Positions 1 through 13,129 of a stretch of DNA of 64,000 nucleotides are shown piece after piece. The notes under the pieces are model-generated. The model was not told the origin of the DNA, searched no databases, and saw nothing but the letters and a program-made list of their open reading frames with translations. How positions within the stretch are numbered: position 1 is the first letter of the stretch; each line of letters begins with the position of its first letter. The DNA is from Eledone cirrhosa (Eukaryota). The DNA lies in contig OZ024742.1 of the NCBI GenBank assembly GCA_964016885.1, forward strand, positions 33,480,001-33,544,000, written 5' to 3'. The translations under genes were made by a program, and so were the position numbers.

Positions 1-696
1 TATTGTCCTTTTTTTTTTACTTCAATGAAGTAAACCTTTGTATATAAACCAAAAAGCCATTCTTGTTATTTCAACAACAACTATTATCTGTACTAATACC
101 ATTCTTCTAAATGATCAATTAGTTCTGAAAATTATCAAGAATTTAGAGAGATTTGGAAATATAACTGAATCTGACATAATTATGCTGAGGTTTGAAACCA
201 ACATTTGTCCTTATTAGGATGGTGTTTAGAACTTTCCATCCTAAATTTATGCAAGAATTTGGTCTTGAATAAATTATAATAGAAGCTCTTGACCTTTTTT
301 ATACCAAACTGCATGAAACCGTTTCTGGTTCTATGATACAAAACTGTGATGATTTACAGAGTTTATATTTATTTTTAAAAACTTCCACCATAATTTTATA
401 TAAAAACCTTTAAGTTACGTTCCAAACACCAACTTAATAATGAAAAAGTGATTGATATTACTAAATCTTTCTGAATTCTTGATTATTTTCAATATGAAAT
501 GAAAAATCACATGCAGTGTCTTTCCTTACAAATATGGTAACCAAACAGTTAATTTAACTATAATCACTTTATAACAAAAGGTTTTGTATTGTAGAACAAA
601 AGGCAGTCTCAGGTGGGTTAGCATCAAAGGGTTTATTAAGCCCTCCCTATAAACTACCACAGACACACAGTAATCCTAATATTAATGATAATGACT

Positions 697-882
697 GATG
701 GATTGGCAGTATCGGTAGAGGGTCGGACGCCATGCTTTCCAGCATAGTTACATCCCTTTACGATCTGAGTTCAAATCCCGCCAAGGTTGACTTTGCCTTT
801 CATCCTTACGGGGTCGATAAAATAAAGTACCAGTAATGCACTGGGTAATTGCTGGCTTTGTGCCTAAAGTAGAAACAATTAA
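697..882 (+). mobile_element. tRNA-derived SINE (further copies at ~4335-4556 -, 16700-16905 -, 22360-22525 -, 23833-23903 +, 52740-52840 +, 54470-54645 +)
   Basis: Same A/B boxes and body as 57039-57224. Confidence 0.85.
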
Positions 883-1859
883 TGATAATGACTGAAACAT
901 TTCCTCACTCTAAGATAATACATACCTTAACAAGATCTGAATCTTCCTTGGCACATGGTAACATCAGGGTAAAACCTAAACCAGAAGTTGACTGAAGTCC
1001 CTAATTGAATGTAAATGAAGAAAAGCTGAGTACAGTTATTAAAAGATCAAAATTTAGTAACCATTGTATCAAATATTGTTGTTCACTTTTACTATACACA
1101 AGGAAGCTGCAACATGGGCAGTTCTTCTTATCGTGTCCACAAGAGTGTCAGCTGAAAACATTGCTGTCCTTTCTCATTAAACTCTGCCAAGTCCAATGCT
1201 GTGTAGGGGTGTTCCAGCAGGGGCATATTAGGAGCTGCTGCGTAGTCTGTGGCTTGATGCTGCAGTCATATACAACTTCTCCATCCTTTAAATATCCCCA
1301 TTTTGCCAGACTGACTTTTGACCACCAACACCAGATCTTAGTCTGTTAAGGCAAGATCTTAATGCCTTTGAATATAAGTCTGCTTGAACAGGGCTGACCT
1401 GTGGCTAAACATGCTGTCAGGATTATATTATGGTAGTTGTCATTGTTTATACTCCCAAATTACCAAAACACCATTTCAATGCAGTGTAGTATGCAACATA
1501 GCTATTCATAGTGTTAATGCACTGGTAGAGCACAGTAGACTATACATCGTTCTACAGTTGAAGTCAATGAGGTGACATCTATATGGTTGCTTGTCCTTTT
1601 AGAAATAGAACTAAATCTCCCTTAAATTGCACCTTACAACCAATAAACATGGACGTAATGTCCCATGTACGTCAATGCTCATCCTTTTTCCATTCAGAGG
1701 ATTTTTAAAAATCCTAACTAATAAACTAATTTATCTAGTCAAATATGGCAAATATAAGCACATATTACTAGCTATTTTTCAAATATTTGCTGTTTATAAA
1801 TAAAGCCTGTTTTGTATCTTTCTATATATAAAAAATAAATTATCAAAATAGAAACCAAC

Positions 1860-1949
1860 CTTGTAGATTATATTTTCTTTGAGACTAATTGGAATTCCAT
1901 GAAGAGGCTTGGTCACAGATGGCAAAGAATCACACTTCAGTGCTAATTC
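1860..1949 (-). CDS. FAAH: FAAH-like amidase, coding exon 4 (gene continues left of the window)
   Basis: tttctag|ELALKCDSLPSVTKPLHGIPISLKENIIYK|gt. PLHGIPISLKE is the amidase motif carrying the catalytic Lys. Confidence 0.9.
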
Positions 1950-2497
1950 CTAGAAAAAGAATCAAAATCATTAACATATATTTTACATCCAAGTTACAAG
2001 TTCTTACAGATTAAGGACACATTTACATTGCTGTATAAGATAAATTCCAGAATTGAAGGAAACTAATGTAGGTCTGTATTGGGAAAATATAATCTGAAAA
2101 TCATGCCTCCTCATCGATAAGACTGTCCAAATTAATATAAATGTATGTCAAGACCTACCAAAACAATTCAGTAAGTACAAAGATCTTGAAACAGAAATTA
2201 GCTAAATATGGAAAATCAAGACTAGAACAACACCCATGGTTGAAGATGCCTTAGGAACAATAGCAAAATGAGCTGATCCTATTTCAAATCCCAGGAAAAC
2301 TAAAATGGAAAAAAATTCAGAAAATAGTTCGCATAGTAGCTGTCATATCATATTGTATATTTAACAGCAAAACAATCTTTTCACATATTATCAAAAGGAC
2401 TTTTAAAATATATAATAAAAAATACCTTTAATCATTATTTTATAGTCATAGTATCATTTAGTACCAAATTACTTTTAAACACTTATGATTTTCTTAT

Positions 2498-4075
2498 AAT
2501 AATAAAATAATAATAATGAAATTATTGTGTAAAGTGCTCAGGTGCATTACAACTCGTCAAAGGTGCATGTATAGTACATAGAATAATACACAAATGTCAG
2601 GGAAGTGAACAGTGTATGAGTCATGATATACATGTGTGTTTGTGTATGGAGAGGGAACATTAGGTGTAGTGTTGGCGAATCTCAGGAAGCATGGAGGTTT
2701 TAAAGGATGCAGTGTTTCGATAGCTAACAAATGATGCAGGTAGTTTGTTCCATGCTTCAGCAACTCTGAGCGTGAAAAAATGTTTCCGAAAGTCATGGGA
2801 GCTGCGCTGTTTTCTGACTTTGTAGGCATGCCCACGTGTGTTAGACACATGGAAATCAAAAAGGTACTCAGGGTTGTTGTTGGCGAGATGGGTGTTTACC
2901 AAGTCCATTGCCAGGTGTCAGAGCTTCAATGTATCCATGCCCAGGGAAGCAAGGTGCTCAGAGTATGGTAGATGCCTGATGGAGGGTATTCGCTTGGTTG
3001 CACATCTCTGAACAGTTTCCACGAGGTCAATGGCCCGAGCAAGATAGGGGTTCCAGACTGGTGATGCAAATTCTAAGTGTGGTCGCACCATAGCTGTATA
3101 CAGCCTTAAATAGATATCTGGAGAGCGGCTGACAAAGGTCTTGCTGAATGATGCTAAGGCACCCTCAGCCTTCTTGACAATTTTAGAGACGTGCTTCGTC
3201 CAACGCAAATCGCTGCTGACCATAATGCCCAGGTCATGTTCACAAGAAGACTTCTTGATATTAATGTTGTGGGGGGAGTATGTGGACGCTGGGTTTTTAC
3301 TCCCAAAATGCATGGTGGTGCACTTGTCCACAGCTAGCTTGAGTTACCAGTCTGTGATCCATTGTTGCATTGTGTCCAGGTCAGATTGCAGGCAAGATCA
3401 ATAGTGTTCAGGATCTGTCCTTTTTATCTCAAGGTACGGCTTGATGTTATCTGCATATTTCAGTACTGTGGCATTCTTTAAGTTGGCATCAATGTCATTA
3501 ATATATGCCACAAACAAAAGGGGGCCAAAAACAGATCCCTGTGGTACACCAGATGACATCTCATATGGTGAGGCATGCTGTCCTAGAACCGTGACTACCT
3601 CTCTTCGACTGAGAATGAAGGACTTCAACCAGTTAAAAAGATCATCTTTCACACCCAATGCAGAGAGTTTTGTCATAAGCCTTTTGTGTGGCACAGAATT
3701 GAAAGCTTTAGCAAAGTCAAGGTAAACAACATCCACCCATGAGCCGCCATCAGTGATCCGGGTGATGTCTTCAAGAAACTTGATAAGTTGATCACAGCAG
3801 CTGGAGTTGGGGATAAATCCAAATTGCGAGGGGCCGGATAAGACTGTGAGAGTTCCAGAAGTTCCAAAGTGTTACAGGATTCCATCAGTTTGGCAATGCA
3901 GCTAGTAAGACTGACTGGACGATAGTTCACAGGTGATGTGCGGTTACCCTTTTTGAACAGAGGAATGACACTGGCAGTTTTCCACTGTTCAGGAGTAGCA
4001 CTGTTGTTCAGACAGAATTGGAAGAAGTGTGATAACTGGTGCAGAAGGAATTACCCACCACGTTTGAGAAGCAGG
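2498..4075 (-). mobile_element. CR1-clade LINE 3' fragment, degenerate
   Basis: NYRPVSLTS, VVYLDFAKAFNSVPH, SGVPQGSV, YADN, VRPHLEFAS...WNP across frameshifts. (ATT)n tail. Confidence 0.9.
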
Positions 4076-4689
4076 TATGTAACACTATCAAGACCAGGAG
4101 AGGCATGGTTGCATTTATTTTTAAGGTGACATCGCAGCATTATGTTTTGACAGTAATAGTGACAAACTAATCACTATCACTGAACTACATTTCCCCACTA
4201 AAATATGGCAGTTATCAACCAGCTTAGTCATAATGCTTGCTTGAACTTATAATTTGCTGTCTTTTGAGGTCTCTGGGTGAGACTGGAAGTCAGCTCGTTG
4301 AAATACAAAGCAAAATCCAAACATCAAAATAATAATAATTGTTTCTACTTTAGCCACAAGGCCAGCAATTTGAAAGGAAGGGGAAACTCGATTAAATCGA
4401 CCCCAGTGCATTACTGGTACTTTATTTTATCGACCCCCGTAAGGATGAAAGGCAAAGATAACCTTGGCGGAATTTGAACACAGAATGTAAAGGGCCATAA
4501 CTATGCTTCCAAGCATGGTGTCTGACGCTCTACTCATACTGCCAATCTACCGCCCTCAATAAGAATCATGATTTCTGATTTAGGCACAAGGCCAGCAAAT
4601 TGAAGGGAAGGGAAAAGTCGATTAGCACTTATATGACATAATAAATCCATCAAAATGTAAAAATGTTTGTTCATAGGTGCTCATATGTA

Positions 4690-5060
4690 TAATCCTAAGA
4701 TTTTAAAGACCGTTCATTGCTCACATTTCCTGAAAAGACAAATCTTCTGCTTTGATCTGAAAGCAAAATAGAGGAAGTTCATTCCAAAGAGCTGGTTCTG
4801 ACTTTCTGAATGCTCAATCACCAGAGCTCTTCATTTTCATGCTTGATACCATGAGGAGGCCACTGTCACATGATCTCAAATACACTGGTGACTATCACAA
4901 GCAATGTGAGGAGCAAGCCCATACACAGCTTTGGATGTAAACAATAGGATTTTAAATATTTGGTCTTTTACAGGAAGCCAATGCAGATCCCTAATATGCT
5001 CAGAGATATGGTGACATTTCTTTCTACTTACAATTATTCTAGCTACAGTTGTCTGATCTG
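4690..5060 (-). mobile_element. Degenerate L2-like LINE 3' fragment
   Basis: Reverse complement encodes RDLHWLPVK, a typical L2/Crack C-terminal motif. Confidence 0.5.
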
Positions 5061-5101
5061 ATGTCCAGGTAGTCCAGATGGTGCTTACAATTTTTAAGAT
5101 A

Positions 5102-6812
5102 TCATCATCATCATCATCTTCGTTTAATGTCCATCTTCCACGCTAGCATGGGTTAGACGGGAGTTGTCCCACTTGAGGCAAGGTTGGTCGGGTGACCGTG
5201 TCTTGCTCATATAGGACTATCTGGCAGGTTTTCTACGGTTGGATGCCCTTCCTAACACCAACCACATTCACAGTGTGGAACTGGGAACTTTTTACCGTGT
5301 TACCTGCACGGCCACATTACAGCGTGGACTGTGTGTTTTTTTGTTGTGACACCTACATGATCTCGATCTCGTTATCTCATGTATTTGGACTGGATGTTGT
5401 GCTACCAACTTTACAGAGAGAGGGTGGTGTTGGTGGGAGTGGGAGGATAGGGTAGGGGTAGTGGGTTAGGGTGTATATTTGGTTAAGAGGTGCCTACTGA
5501 CTGTTGGTTTCACTTTGTACATAAGCAAGGCGGGTCTTCTGTATTACTGTGTAGCGCCAAAGATCTCGGTCCAGTGACATTGTCTTAGAGAGGTGCAAGT
5601 GTGTAAGGTCGGAATTTATCAGATCGTCCCAGGTTTTTCTGGGTCTACCTACTCCGTAACTACCATCAATTTTGATCGCCCTGCACTTTTTTATACAGCT
5701 GTCATCTTTCATGCGCATCACGTGGCCATACCAACATAGTCTTCTCTCAAGTAAACAGCATCTGGTCCCTCTTATTCCTAATTTCTCACTTAGTTCATTT
5801 ATGCTTTGCTGTTCACATATATTACTATTACACATCCAATGGAGCATGTATGCTTCATTCCTTTCCAGTCTGCGCAGGTCCTCAGCACATAATGTTCATG
5901 TCTCACTGCCATGTAGCATTGCTGTTCGTATACAGGCATCATACAATCTACCTTTCATTTTTAGGGAGAAACCTTCTGTGGCCAACAGCGGTATAAGCTC
6001 TCTGAACTTTTTCCCTCACGTTCTGACTCTGGCTACTGTACTTTCAGAACACCCTCCACCACTGCTGATTTCATCACCCAGGTAACGGAAAGTCTCTACT
6101 ATTTCTATAGAACCATCTGGGCAATAGAAGGAGCTAGTATCCTGTGGACACTTGTTACTTATTGCACCTGATCATCAGCCACATATAAAGTCTACGTTCT
6201 TAGATAGTTTACCTGTGATCCCACTACATCTTTTATGTGCCCATACTTTGGGACATAAAATGGAATTTCTGCCTACTCCTTCCCTACACACTGAGCATGG
6301 CCATTTCCTTGAGGGCACCTGTGCCCTATTTTCCTTTCTACAAACTAGAACTTTAGTCTTAGACAAGTTAACTTTAAGGCCTTTTGATTCTAGGCCATGC
6401 TTCCATGTTTGGAATTTCTTCTCTAGTTCAGCCATTAATTCAGCTATGAGCGTTAGATCATCTGTGTATAGGAGTTCCCATGGGCAGCCGGTCTTGAACT
6501 CCTCTGTTATAGCCTGAAGGGTAATAATAAATAGGAGGGGGCTAAGGACAGAACCTTGATAAACAACTTTTACACTAAATTCTTCACAATATTCATTGTT
6601 AATTCTAACCTTACTGACTGTTTTTCTATACATAGCTTGTATAGCTCTCACAAGCCATTCATCTACACCTAGTTTTCTAAGAGCCCACCAGATAATGGAG
6701 CGGGGAACTCTGTCAAAGGCTTTCTCCAGGTCTACAAAAACTAAATAGAGGGGTTTACCTTTAGCTATGTAATTCTCCTGTAGTTGTCGTACAAGGAAAA
6801 GAGCGTCTGTGG
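5102..6812 (-). mobile_element. RTE-clade LINE, 5'-truncated
   Basis: FVDLEKAFDRVP, QGSVLSP, LLYTDD, RLCWYGHV, GRPRKTW. (GAT)n tail. Confidence 0.92.
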
Positions 6813-7387
6813 TTAGGTCTGCTCCAGCCACAGATTTCATCCGTTGCTTTCAGCAGGTTCACTTTCAAGAATTGCCACTGTTCCTCTATATCCTAAATTA
6901 TATTCTAGTTAACAACTGAGATGGAGTTTACCATGAATAGTTTTTTCTTACAGATAATACTCTATATGCAATGTTCTCAAGTAGATTGGTCACTTGCACA
7001 GAAGTGTTTTTTTATTGATAGCTAAATGATAGAGATGACTTAACTCTTCGTACAGAGACCATACTTACAATCTCACACAACTTATGCTCATACTGCTTTC
7101 ATGTTTCAAAACCTGGTTTTACAGATATTACACAAACTCTGCATGCCTGTAGAAGGAAGCACTATATTAAGGGAAAGTAAACATTGAAATCATCATTTAA
7201 CATCTGCTTTCCCAGCTAGTAAGGGTTGGATAGGTCTACATAGACCAAGTCAGTGCGCAAACAATACATATAACATAAATAATATAAATAGAGCAACAGA
7301 GAACAGTACATAGAATAATACATAGTATTTATATATATATATAGGTCAACTTAGAGAACAAACACTGAATAGATAATAACTTATTAC

Positions 7388-7444
7388 CTCAGCATCAGGG
7401 ATTATTTCAACTACGCAATTGGTTTTCTCTTGTGCTTCAAGTGC
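7388..7444 (-). CDS. FAAH: FAAH-like amidase, coding exon 3
   Basis: tgtag|ALEAQEKTNCVVEIIPDAE|gtaat, 57 bp, phase 0. TNCV motif as in FAAH1. Confidence 0.85.
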
Positions 7445-8016
7445 CTACAGTAGAAAATTAAAGGTTAAAAACAAATTAAATAATGATGAATGTAACAGAC
7501 ATATTTTGAACAGGAGGTATGTACAGTCACTTAACTTAAATCCTCTGTATATTACTGGTGCTTATTTTGAGCATACATATATAGGGCATTCTCACTCCTG
7601 TTGGAGGAATGCCTCCTTAGTTGACCTCCACACTGCTTTCTATTTAATTTTGGTCATGTCATGGGTGTAGCTGTATTCATCATGGTTGGCCAATTGCAGG
7701 TTGGTAAGGCTATTTATATATATATTAACTATTATGGCATATCTGCACTCTGGCGAATCCTTCATTCTTTCACACCAATATTTCGAGGTGGTGATATGTC
7801 AGTTTTTGTCCATTGTATTTCTCAGTTTTGCCACAATTTAATTCTGTTAAATAACCAGCAGTTATTGCAAAATACCCCTTCATTAGGATGCTAACATGTA
7901 GTGGCTGAAGGGTCTTATGTATGAGAGATTCTAAGTTTTAGTACTTCATCTTTTAAACTACAAAATATATTTAAAAATAAATAAACAGAAAAATTAAACA
8001 ATAAAAGTTCAATAAC

Positions 8017-8130
8017 CTTGTATTGATAAGCATGAAGAACATCAATGGCCTTTAATGAACGCTCTTTGAGTTGCTTCTGAAGTTGAACAATATCTAGTGA
8101 TAGAATTCTGTTTCTCAATTCTTCAGTTAG
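8017..8130 (-). CDS. FAAH: FAAH-like amidase, coding exon 2
   Basis: tttttcag|LTEELRNRILSLDIVQLQKQLKERSLKAIDVLHAYQYK|gt, 114 bp, phase 0. Resembles the amidase N-terminal helices. Confidence 0.85.
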
Positions 8131-10038
8131 CTGAAAAACAAAGAAGTAAACAACATTGTATCAACGAAAAATATGAATTTTTTTTATGGTGGTTTACATA
8201 TTTTTCATTGTATTCCCGAATTTACAAGTTTGATTTTGATATTATCAGCTCCAACCAAGTACTTAATGAACTGTGACCTCTCCTGAAAATTCACATCCTT
8301 GTGTCAATGTTTGAAATCTCTTTTTCCAGAAATGAACAGCAAGATCTCGGACCTCACTCACCAAGTCAGGTGGAACTCGTCAGATCAAACCAAGGAAACA
8401 GCATTTCCATTGGTCTTTCTAATTGCTCATTCTATCTTCCTAGTGAAACTCCAGGCAGAATATGCAATGTGAAATAAAGTGTCTTGCTCAATGACAAAAA
8501 TGCATTGCCCAGCCCAAAAATTAAACTCACAATTTCATGATTGTGTATCTGATTCTCTAACCACTAACCCTTCAGAATCTTTCTTATTTATGATTAAATG
8601 GGCTTAAGATTTACTTCTTAAGAGAGCTAGTTTTCTTAACTACAATAAAAGGGAAGAAAGAAGTGAAAAGGAGACAAAAGAAAAACAATAAGTGGGGAAT
8701 GAAGAAAGAAAAAACAAATAGGAATAAGGAAAAAAAAATTGGATATTTCATTCTCTATCTGGTAGTTAGAACATACTGGAAGGCTCCATTTTTTTGTAGT
8801 GACTCAATGGATGATTGTCATCGCTTGGCCATAGGTCTGTATTGATGAACCAAATCTATGATCAACAACATTACAGCTACATATCCCTGCATTGCATTTA
8901 AACTTTAACACACTAAACATTTTTATGAATTGCTTCCCTTGACACTGTTCCATGTATTAAAGCAAGATTACTCTATTGGCGACATAATGCCCTATAGTGT
9001 CCAGAAGATTAAGACATGTGTTGTCATAACTTAATCCTCAGGCAGTATCAGTACCACATATGTGACCATGGTGACCCATTGATTGACAGGCACGATCTAT
9101 CTAACAGGCTTATCACGATCTATCTATCAGAAGTATCTGTCTCCAAATGATCTAGTTTGATCCCCAAGCAAGTTCTGCTGTGCTCAAAGATATTATCGAA
9201 CCATCTTGCTCATGCTCTAATTTGGGGTCTCCTGCTGGTTGGCTTCGCTTGTAAAATCTGTCCAGCTATTTTTTCCTTAGACATTCTAATCATATGTGTG
9301 TAGTACTGCTGCTGTGATATCTCAATATGGAAAAGTAGCAGGTCCCTGATCTCCAAGCTATGCACCCTATCAAAGTAACATTACACCAAAGACCCTTTGG
9401 AGGAACCACATTTCAGATGCTTATATTCACAATTGTATTCTTTCAGTCATTACCCTAAGTTCATGATCATATGGAAGGGTAAGCACAAATACTGAACTGA
9501 AGATAGTGTGTTTGGATTTTACACATACCTCCTCCCTTCTGATGATCAAGTGCTGAAGTTAGTGCATTACTGCACTAGCTCCAGCCATTCTTGCATTTAA
9601 TTCAACCTCATGCCTTCCATTACAATGCAATTTCCCCCACAAGGTTTGTCATGCAATAGGATCAAGTCAAAGATTGCATGATTACAAACTGAATGTTTTA
9701 ACTACTTTACCATGCTTGTACCCTTTGTTGCTGTTTATGATATCTACTTTAAATCAAGTGAACTGGGTCATTGAATGCTGAGAGATTTTGTGGACGTAGT
9801 TATAGAGAATTCCAATGACAAAGAAACTGAATACAAATATGATAAAATAAGAATGAGAAATAGACTATCAGTTATTTGCTTAGTAGGGAAGATACCCTAT
9901 ATGGATTAAAAGAGAGATGGAGAGGGGAGAACTTGAAAAGGGGGAGTGGTGGAATGAAAGAGAGAAAGCAAGGTACGAAAGAGGGATAGGTAGCATGAGT
10001 GAAAAATGACTATAGATAGCTTTATTTCAAATACTTAC

Positions 10039-10266
10039 ACTTGACTTCTCTAACCTTTCTTTCAGAGATTTAATCTGCTCACTACGTTTTCTGCGAGCAT
10101 CCTTTATAGCTGCTTTGACTTTCAGATGCATGCGGACTTTGTTTATTAAACAGATTAAAATGGCACTACCTGATGCCAACAAGGTCACATAAAAACAGGG
10201 CTTTATGTAAGAGTACATCTCTTCAGGTATATAAGTTTCGCAGTATTTACGAAGTGTGTCTTCCAT
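10039..10266 (-). CDS. FAAH: FAAH-like amidase (fatty acid amide hydrolase family), first coding exon
   Basis: Acceptor ctttcag|tataagATG. Encodes 76 codons MEDTLRKYCE...RLEKSS with a hydrophobic anchor (FYVTLLASGSAILICLI) followed by basic residues. GTAAGT donor at 10038, phase 0. Confidence 0.8.
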
Positions 10267-10476
10267 CTTATACTGAAAGTGAAGAAACATTAATAAACAC
10301 ACATATATGATGCTCTTCAAGGATAAAGGATGAATGCCCTTTGCAACAGAATAGCAAAACACTACCTGATGCAAACATGGCTTTATGTAAAAGTATATCT
10401 TTTGAGGTAAATAAGACTCATAATATTTACGAAGCATATCTTCCATCCTCATTGAAAATGAACAGATATATATTAA

Positions 10477-10732
10477 CCCCTTTGATACCAAACCACCTAA
10501 ATCAGGCCCTGGATCTATAATACAAAACTGTTTGTTCCAAAATGTTTATATTTATCTAGAATGCTTCCATCATAGTTTTATGTAAAAATGTTTGTTAGAT
10601 CAGGTTCTAAACACTAGCTAAATAATGAAAAATTTAGTTATGTCACTAAGCCCCAGTAAATTCTTGATTATTTTCCAAATGATTTAAAAATCATTGACAA
10701 TGTCTTTCATTAGAAATATGACAATCGAAGGG
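10477..10732. mobile_element. TTAA-flanked (piggyBac-like) MITE
   Basis: ttaa|ccc...ggg|ttaa. Related sequence at ~290-553 and ~17414-17610. Confidence 0.65.
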
Positions 10733-11519
10733 TTAATCTAATGACTGACAATTTGCAACATTTAAGTTTGATATTCAAAACTAAGAGATATTTATAAGAA
10801 AAGGGCTATGTTATAATGTAATGTAATGTGATGTTAACAGCTTTTTCATGAACATTAGCAAGTTTAAGAAAATAAAATGAAACACCAACTCATTTTGTTC
10901 AGCGTTTATATTTAACTGCATTTTTCTGTGTATAGGATGTACTTTTACCAAAATGTTTATGCCAAAACCCTTCTTCATCTTATTCACCAAATAAAATATT
11001 AGATATTACAATAATTTGTTTTAAAAACTATTTTCTCCAAAATAAGAACGTGTCTTATATTCTGAAAAATAACAACAACAAAAAAAAAAAAACGTTATAT
11101 ACCTTTTTTTTTTCTATAGCCTCAGAGACTGTTTGGAGGGTGGGAAAAAATTAACCTGAAAATGGGGACCTAGTCTAAATGTTTGAAATAGAGTGAACTA
11201 TTACATATATATTCAAGAACCAGGTGCTTGTGTTAAACCAACCATGAAGACAAAGAGTTTGAACAAATACTGCAAGGTAACTCAACCAAAGTTCTAACAA
11301 TTCTGCTAATCCACTTTCACCATATTGTGTTGGAAAGAGGGAATGATTTTAGTGACATGGATACTAGTGGGATATTGTAAATTGTGCATCTGTTTGGTCA
11401 GATGAGTCTTATGTTAATAAAAGTTAATAGTATTGGTTGGTGTTGGTGGTAAAAAATTGCACGCTGGTACTTTAACTACGTGTATATACCATATTATAAT
11501 GTACAAATTGTGTAAAGTA

Positions 11520-11880
11520 ACTTACTCGATCAAGCGACTGACTATCACCGGAAATTTTGACAGTAGAAATTGTAGCTATAAAATTAATTCTAAATAAATA
11601 AATGCTTGCAGTTTTTGTTTACATAAATAGTTGAAATTTTCAGGTCACGTTTCTACTTGAATATGCATAGAGATCGCCCTAGGTCAGAACGATATGTGAG
11701 AACTGGTAACCCTGGAGGAAAGCGAGCTGTGGGCGTTGAGATAGTCATTCTAACTCAGGTGCGTGCTTCTGCAAGTGCTCGTTGACAATAGAGCTGCCAG
11801 CCAAGGGAAATAAATCCAATTTACTGATCGTGGTAGGTAGCCAGGGGAGATAAATCTAATTTACGAACCGTGGTGAGTTT
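11520..11880. promoter_or_regulatory. Putative bidirectional promoter and non-coding first exons of FAAH (-) and ECHDC1 (+)
   Basis: Relatively CpG-rich stretch between two divergent genes whose first coding exons both begin with splice acceptors. Outward-facing consensus donors: GTAAGT (- strand, 11525-11520) and GTGAGT (+ strand, 11873-11878). GGTCACGT E-box-like motif at ~11643. Confidence 0.6.
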
Positions 11881-12249
11881 ATACCAGTTTCGTTGCTTTT
11901 ATGAAATTTATTTGTTGATGATCGCAACGCGCCTATTTAATAATTTTAATAAGGATGTTAATAACAATAAATTGAACCTTTCTAGTGAATGTTGCTGATA
12001 TAAATTTTCAAGATTAGCTTATTCCCCCCTCTGCCGATTCGAAATTAAAATCCCACCTAATTTAAGTTAACCTTTCATCCTTTATCGATAAAATAACGCC
12101 TGATATGTTTTGGAATCGACCTCTGTAGAAGACAACGAAGCTATTTTAGGGTGATTAATTTGTTTAATACATTTTAATGTTAAAAAATATATATATTTAA
12201 ATATATTTTTAGTTTTAATTCTGAAATAAGAATATAACTAATTACGACA

Positions 12250-12999
12250 TTTCCCAACAATATCTATCAAACCACAAACACTGTAATGAGCGATCTTACT
12301 AATTTTATTCACAGTCGTATAAATAACATTACAAATCGTTTGCAATTCTTTCAGAATGAAAATATAAACAGAGCATATAAATATATTTACAGTAGAATAA
12401 CATAACAAATATGTTTTAAATGTATTACAAATGCTCAGATAACATTATAAATTGCTCGCGATTCTTTCAGAAAGATATATTCTTTTAATGTTACAATATT
12501 AAAGAAAATGTAAAGGGAGGGGTGAACAACCGAGCCAACACCAGAGCAAAAGGCAGCAGCGAGGGATACTGGGCAACCTCTCTAATGATTTTTGAGGCAA
12601 GTCAGCACACTTGCAGCGTTGCTTCGGGTGATGGCGTGACTAATGCACTGGAACAACCAAGCGCCCTCGCGAGATTCGCCAGTTACCTCTATTAGGCGAG
12701 CCGCCAGTGAAGAGAGGAACCTCGCAGTCAGCGGCCCGATTCCCCCAAACGTCTCGAAAGCCACAGGCTGAAAAATGTAGTTTGCCGACAGATTTGAATG
12801 TCTTACTCCGCTCGGCTGCGGAAGCTGTGGCTCTCGTCCTAACCGCAGCATCCAGGATTTGGGAAAGAGCAAAAAAGTCACTAACAGTGACGTCCCAGAC
12901 AAGGCACCTGCCTCTCGACCAGTAGCTGTCAGGTCTTTTGCCGTCACTTCTGGACAACCCAGATGTTTCTAAGATTGAGGGGATGTTTGCCCGGGCCAA
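12250..12999 (-). mobile_element. CRE-like (restriction-like endonuclease) non-LTR element 3' fragment
   Basis: LSRSDGKRPD...GRCLVWDVT...FQPVAFETFG, followed by an AT-rich 3' UTR. The left boundary is uncertain. Confidence 0.75.
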
Positions 13000-13129
13000 A
13001 TTAAACAGTTTCTATTTGCTACATTCCACTGCATTTTATTAAGCATATACATAGAATTTATACCCTGACTACGGAAAAAGTAATATAGCTTTTATAAAAG
13101 AAACAAATCAATAAAAACGAAGTCAGAAA

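Noticed and set aside
700-790. tRNA gene candidates with A/B boxes
   Set aside because: They are heads of multi-copy SINEs and lack a complete cloverleaf.
9050-9620. Possible coding remnant in the FAAH intron (similar at ~1000-1560 and ~58930-59430)
   Set aside because: Looks like highly decayed LINE sequence, too degenerate to call by eye.
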